Source of the DNA: Desulfurococcaceae archaeon
GTDB taxonomy: Archaea; Thermoproteota; Thermoprotei_A; Sulfolobales; Desulfurococcaceae
Reading direction: 5' to 3'
Assembly: GCA_038888155.1 (NCBI GenBank)
Contig: JAWAJB010000004.1
Span: 1-64,000, forward strand
Length of the DNA: 64,000 nucleotides
Positions 60,215 through 64,000 of this stretch are shown here, piece after piece. Position 1 is the first letter of the stretch, and the number at the start of each line of letters is the position of its first letter. The position numbers were made by a program, and so were the translations under genes. Below the pieces are notes generated by a model that saw only the letters and a program-made list of their open reading frames with translations, was not told the origin of the DNA and searched no databases.

Positions 60215-61402
60215 ATGATGTTACACTCTAACAAGGAAGAGCAAATAAGAGAAGGTCTAGCCGATCTAATTGTGCCTAAGCTGGAGATGTACAGGCGACC
60301 GGATGGATCTGTTGAGCCGGCCTGGATGCCAGTCTTCTACAATCCTCAGGGAGTAATTAGCAGAGATCTGACTGTTTCATTTCTAGGTGTAACTTTGGGT
60401 AAGCGGGGTTTCACCTTTGTTGATCCGTTGGCTGGTACTGGGATCCGGGGTATCCGCATAGCTGCAGAGGTTGGCGGCGTGGGTTTGGTGAATGACATTA
60501 ATCCACGTGCATACTACTACATAAGGAAGAACATTAGGCTAAACAAATTGGACGATAAAATTGAAGCTTACAATAATGAAGCCAACGTTTTGCTGAACAC
60601 ATTAGTTTTATCGGGGGTGCCGGTTGACTATATAGACGTGGATCCCTATGGATCCCCTATACCATTCCTAGACTCCGTTTTTAAACCAATCGGCAGAGAG
60701 GCATTTATTGGTATAACAGCAACTGATACAGCTCCACTTACTTGTACTCACTCCTCGAAAACGTTGATCAGGTACTGGAATAAGTGCACCAGAGTAGACT
60801 TCGAAAAAGAATACGCCGCTCGTCTCTTAATAGCTATAGCCTCCATGAGGGCATCTGCTCTAGAGGTTGAGCTAGTGCCGATGTTGACAATCGTATACAA
60901 ACACTACATAAGAGTTTTCTTCAAGGCAACAAAAAGCGCTAACAGAGCATTTAGATCTATTGATAAATGCATAGGCTACCTATGGTACTGCAAAAACACC
61001 ATGGAGAGGGGGTTCATAAGGGCAATTGAGGAGGGGCTGAATGTTGAGTGCCGCGATGGATCTAAGCCAGCAATTATTGGGAAAATCTGGATATGCCCTA
61101 TACAGGAACCTAATGTTATAAACAATATATACAGCTACGCTTTAAGTGCACATTGGCTCAGCATAGAGACGGCTAAAATTTTAAAGCTCTTGATCGAAGA
61201 GTCCAATATAGATAGACCATACGTTAGGCTAGATAGGCTGTGTTCGTTAATTGGGGTGAACATGCCCAATATGCAATCTCTTTTAAGAGAGCTTAAATCT
61301 AGGGGGATTCAATGCTCAAGGACTCACATGGACCCCCGAGGAGTGAGATTTAGCGGAGGACAAGAGGAGTTTGTAGATATCCTCAGATCTATCGCTAAAT
61401 AG
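60215..61402 (+). CDS. trm1: tRNA (guanine-26-N2)-dimethyltransferase
   Basis: VFYNP...RD, GTGIRGIR, DVDPYGSP, TATD and RTH. Confidence 0.94.
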   Translation: MMLHSNKEEQIREGLADLIVPKLEMYRRPDGSVEPAWMPVFYNPQGVISRDLTVSFLGVTLGKRGFTFVDPLAGTGIRGIRIAAEVGGVGLVNDINPRAYYYIRKNIRLNKLDDKIEAYNNEANVLLNTLVLSGVPVDYIDVDPYGSPIPFLDSVFKPIGREAFIGITATDTAPLTCTHSSKTLIRYWNKCTRVDFEKEYAARLLIAIASMRASALEVELVPMLTIVYKHYIRVFFKATKSANRAFRSIDKCIGYLWYCKNTMERGFIRAIEEGLNVECRDGSKPAIIGKIWICPIQEPNVINNIYSYALSAHWLSIETAKILKLLIEESNIDRPYVRLDRLCSLIGVNMPNMQSLLRELKSRGIQCSRTHMDPRGVRFSGGQEEFVDILRSIAK

Positions 61403-61494
61403 ACATCGAGGCTCTGGCGCGTTTGTAAATGCATTTAGTATCGTTGAAAGGGTACTTTTATGAGCTTTAAGGCATATAAAGAGTGGGGAGGTAA

Positions 61495-61830
61495 ATGTCG
61501 TCCATAAGGGATACTGTTCTCGGTATTATTAGAAAAAGCATTGAAGAACACAGCTCAGGTATACTAATCTCTATTAGAGTTAGCGGCGATACCAACGAAA
61601 CCTACCTAACAATTGAAGGGGATGAACTGGTGTTCAAGACTACAGAGTTTAATGATAGTAGCAGGTGCAACGCTGCGTTAATAGGCTTTCTCTCGAGAGC
61701 ACTTAAAATCCCCTCATCAAGGCTTGACATAATTTACGGGACGAGGGGCTCGCTTAAGAGAGTAATGATCAAAGATACAAGGGCAGAGGATATTGAGGTG
61801 AAGCTCTCGAGGATCATTAAACTGTTTTAA
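61495..61830 (+). CDS. DUF167/YggU family protein
   Basis: NAALIGFLSRAL......I.YG..G.LKRV. Confidence 0.75.
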   Translation: MSSIRDTVLGIIRKSIEEHSSGILISIRVSGDTNETYLTIEGDELVFKTTEFNDSSRCNAALIGFLSRALKIPSSRLDIIYGTRGSLKRVMIKDTRAEDIEVKLSRIIKLF

Positions 61831-62350
61831 GGGCAGCGAGTAAATCGCTTAAGAGCGCCTTAGTGTAGTACTCCCTGTTATCGAGGGTTAATACAATTTT
61901 CTTGGCTTCTTTAAGCCTAGACAGAATATCGCTATCGCTCATGTTAATGTGAACTACAAAGATCGCCGGTTTATCTGCTTCGAGGACCCTCAATAAGAGA
62001 GGCTTAAAAGATGGGAGCTTTAACTCCATAGGCCCCACCTCGTCCACTGCCACTATTTCTGCACCAGATAAAGCCCCAGTGAGGGCTTTCTTAACTAGCT
62101 CATCAGCTTCATGCACCAAGACGCCGTAAACACCTACCCTCACAGAGCTTGCCCAGTTTCTCCTAGCAAGCCAAGCCTCCTCTCCAGTAAGCAAGTCAAC
62201 GACTTTGAAACCTACCCTGACGTTGTTCTCTCTATGCTCTGGGGCAATAATTCCGCCTACTTTATACCCCCTTTCTTTAAGTGCGAAAACCAGCGACTTA
62301 AAGATAGTAGATTTTCCTACCCCCGGCCTTCCCGTTATTACTATTCTCAC
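61817..62350 (-). CDS. THEP1-family NTPase
   Basis: ITGRPGVGKST, RVGF and VDEVGPME. Confidence 0.92.
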   Translation of the reverse strand: MRIVITGRPGVGKSTIFKSLVFALKERGYKVGGIIAPEHRENNVRVGFKVVDLLTGEEAWLARRNWASSVRVGVYGVLVHEADELVKKALTGALSGAEIVAVDEVGPMELKLPSFKPLLLRVLEADKPAIFVVHINMSDSDILSRLKEAKKIVLTLDNREYYTKALLSDLLAALKTV

Positions 62351-62370
62351 TGCTTCGACCTCAATGGAAA

Positions 62371-63264
62371 TTAGTGCCTTTCAAGTATTCTCTTTAGCTC
62401 CCTTACGTCGCCTGGCGTCCTAACAAGCAATATCGGAGTGTTGACAACGTTCACTATTTTTTCAGCATATTCTACCTTTTCGCTAGATGCGCCATTCTTC
62501 ATCGACTCCTTGACTATTGATAAAACCACGCGACCTTTGAGAGCGATATCTATTGGGATCCTTGAAAAATTGAGGAAAATATGACCGTAGTTTGTCGCTA
62601 CCTTGAATATAGCTTTCTCGATATCATCCCTAGGCACACTCCTATCTTCCTCTCCCTCTATTTGCTTATCTTCGAGGTCCTTTGACTGCAAATCTAGCTC
62701 CTCGAAGATATCTTCACCTAAAAGGGAGGCCAGTTCAACGCCTCTGTCAAGGGAAATAAACATGTCCCCGCTTTCGTACATGTAAATTGCCTTCCTGCTT
62801 ACTCCAAGCATTTCTGCTAACATGCCTCTTGTGTAACCGTGCAGTTCTCTTTTCTCCCTGAACTTGTGCGGATTTAGCTTCAGAACGTAGTTTCCCCTAA
62901 TGCAAGCTACAATTGGCCTTTCTCTTTTTAATACATACTTCTCAAGTGTTTTTGGAGTGACTACCTTAATCCCGTGCCTTATGTGGATAACGTCGTCTTC
63001 GAGGTCGGCACCGTACTGCCTAATAGACACGACAATTACGGGCGCCCTGTACGCTCTCTTAACCTTTTTTAAATCCATTGTTTCGGATCTATCGAGTTTA
63101 TTAACATTGTACACAGCCTTAATGAATAGGCTCTCAGATTTCGAGCGAGCAATAACATCAATGCTCCTGCTTTCCCTTGGATACAGTATCATGTCTACTT
63201 CGCAACCAGATCTCCTAACAATATTGTAAACTTCTTCGACAAGCCCTTCGTTTTCTTTCTGCAA
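62371..63264 (-). CDS. Archaeal HTH transcriptional regulator (COG1395-like)
   Basis: SIDVIAR, and the HTH segment TRGMLAEMLGVSRKAIYMYESG. Confidence 0.85.
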   Translation of the reverse strand: MQKENEGLVEEVYNIVRRSGCEVDMILYPRESRSIDVIARSKSESLFIKAVYNVNKLDRSETMDLKKVKRAYRAPVIVVSIRQYGADLEDDVIHIRHGIKVVTPKTLEKYVLKRERPIVACIRGNYVLKLNPHKFREKRELHGYTRGMLAEMLGVSRKAIYMYESGDMFISLDRGVELASLLGEDIFEELDLQSKDLEDKQIEGEEDRSVPRDDIEKAIFKVATNYGHIFLNFSRIPIDIALKGRVVLSIVKESMKNGASSEKVEYAEKIVNVVNTPILLVRTPGDVRELKRILERH

Positions 63265-63316
63265 ACCACCTTCCCGTTTAAATTTTTTTATAAAAACACA
63301 CTTATACGCGTTTCCT

Positions 63317-64000
63317 CTACTTCTTCCTACTAAACCTCGCGTAGATCATGGCATGATCTTTATCATACGGCTCTAGGTGGACTACATCAACTATGTCAAA
63401 CCCCCTCTCTTTCAATGTGTTAATCTCTTTTCTGTAGATCTCGCTTGGCTCTTTAGTGACATCTATGCTCCTCGCCTTAACAGCCATCAATAAGTACCCG
63501 CCGTCCTCGAGAAACGTATCAGCGTTATTTGCTACTATAGCAGCCTGCTCGGGCTGTGCGATATCTGCGTAGAGCCCCTTTACTGTCTCTACAACATGTC
63601 TATACTCTTGTGGTTTCCTAGCGTCTCCTAACACGGGAAACAGGTTTCTCCTAACATCGGCGACAACTATGAATTCCCTCATAACTCTAGGAGCTATATC
63701 TACACCGTATACTCTTCCGTTGTGGCCAACAATATCTGACACGTGGCTAGCTGTAGTGCCCGATGCGACGCCGAGGTAGAGGATTGTGTCTCCCTCCCTA
63801 ATGGGTTGATCTACAAGCCCGTTTAGAAGAGCTGCAGCGAGTTTGCTTCTAAATGCATTCCACTCACGGTATTCGTTGCCGTTATACTTGTAAAGCTTTT
63901 CGCCGTAAACTCTGTGACCTGGTACAAGGTTCTTTGTAGCGAGCTTTACGCTACCGTCATCTAACTCAACGACGTGAACACCAAAGTACTTCTCATGCGG
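63317..64000 (-). CDS. flpA: Fibrillarin (C/D RNP methyltransferase), 5' end outside the window
   Basis: The frame stays open to the window edge and reads ATKNLVPG..VYGE, YREWNAFRSKLAAA, LYLGVASGTTASHVSD and LEPYDKDH. Confidence 0.96.
   Translation of the reverse strand, partial: PHEKYFGVHVVELDDGSVKLATKNLVPGHRVYGEKLYKYNGNEYREWNAFRSKLAAALLNGLVDQPIREGDTILYLGVASGTTASHVSDIVGHNGRVYGVDIAPRVMREFIVVADVRRNLFPVLGDARKPQEYRHVVETVKGLYADIAQPEQAAIVANNADTFLEDGGYLLMAVKARSIDVTKEPSEIYRKEINTLKERGFDIVDVVHLEPYDKDHAMIYARFSRKK

Noticed and set aside
1426-63229. Numerous 60-190 aa ORFs antisense to well-supported genes
   Set aside because: They are shadow ORFs fully overlapping confidently identified CDSs on the opposite strand.

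Overview
This is a chromosomal window from a hyperthermophilic crenarchaeon, most consistent with Desulfurococcales/Desulfurococcaceae. It starts with the 5' ~1,030 nt of a minus-strand 16S rRNA gene, which is interrupted at about E. coli position 1068 by what looks like an archaeal BHB-type intron. Next come a group 4 [NiFe]-hydrogenase operon headed by a GltD-like NAD(P)H oxidoreductase, an etfBA + FAD-oxidoreductase operon, and large information-processing clusters: pcna-priS-gins/aIF2a-nop10, rpoL-tfs-csl4-dph2-rpl10e, srp54-pus10-rpl21e-rpoF-rsmA, and trm1/fibrillarin. Five conventional tRNA genes are present, one with an intron. Highlights not visible in the ORF track or gene names: (1) two separately promoted halves of a trans-spliced split tRNA-Asp(GUC) that converge on a 4.6 kb island encoding a DUF11 surface protein and a clan-CD-like secreted peptidase; (2) a four-gene corrinoid methyl-transfer module (core-MetE-like, corrinoid protein, MtrH-like, MetF-like); (3) a degenerate AglB/STT3 paralog; (4) candidate ncRNAs, namely an H/ACA-like hairpin, a C/D box sRNA and a ~260 nt multi-stem element. 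No CRISPR array, integrase or transposase was seen. All protein calls come from motif recognition by eye, not from database searches.
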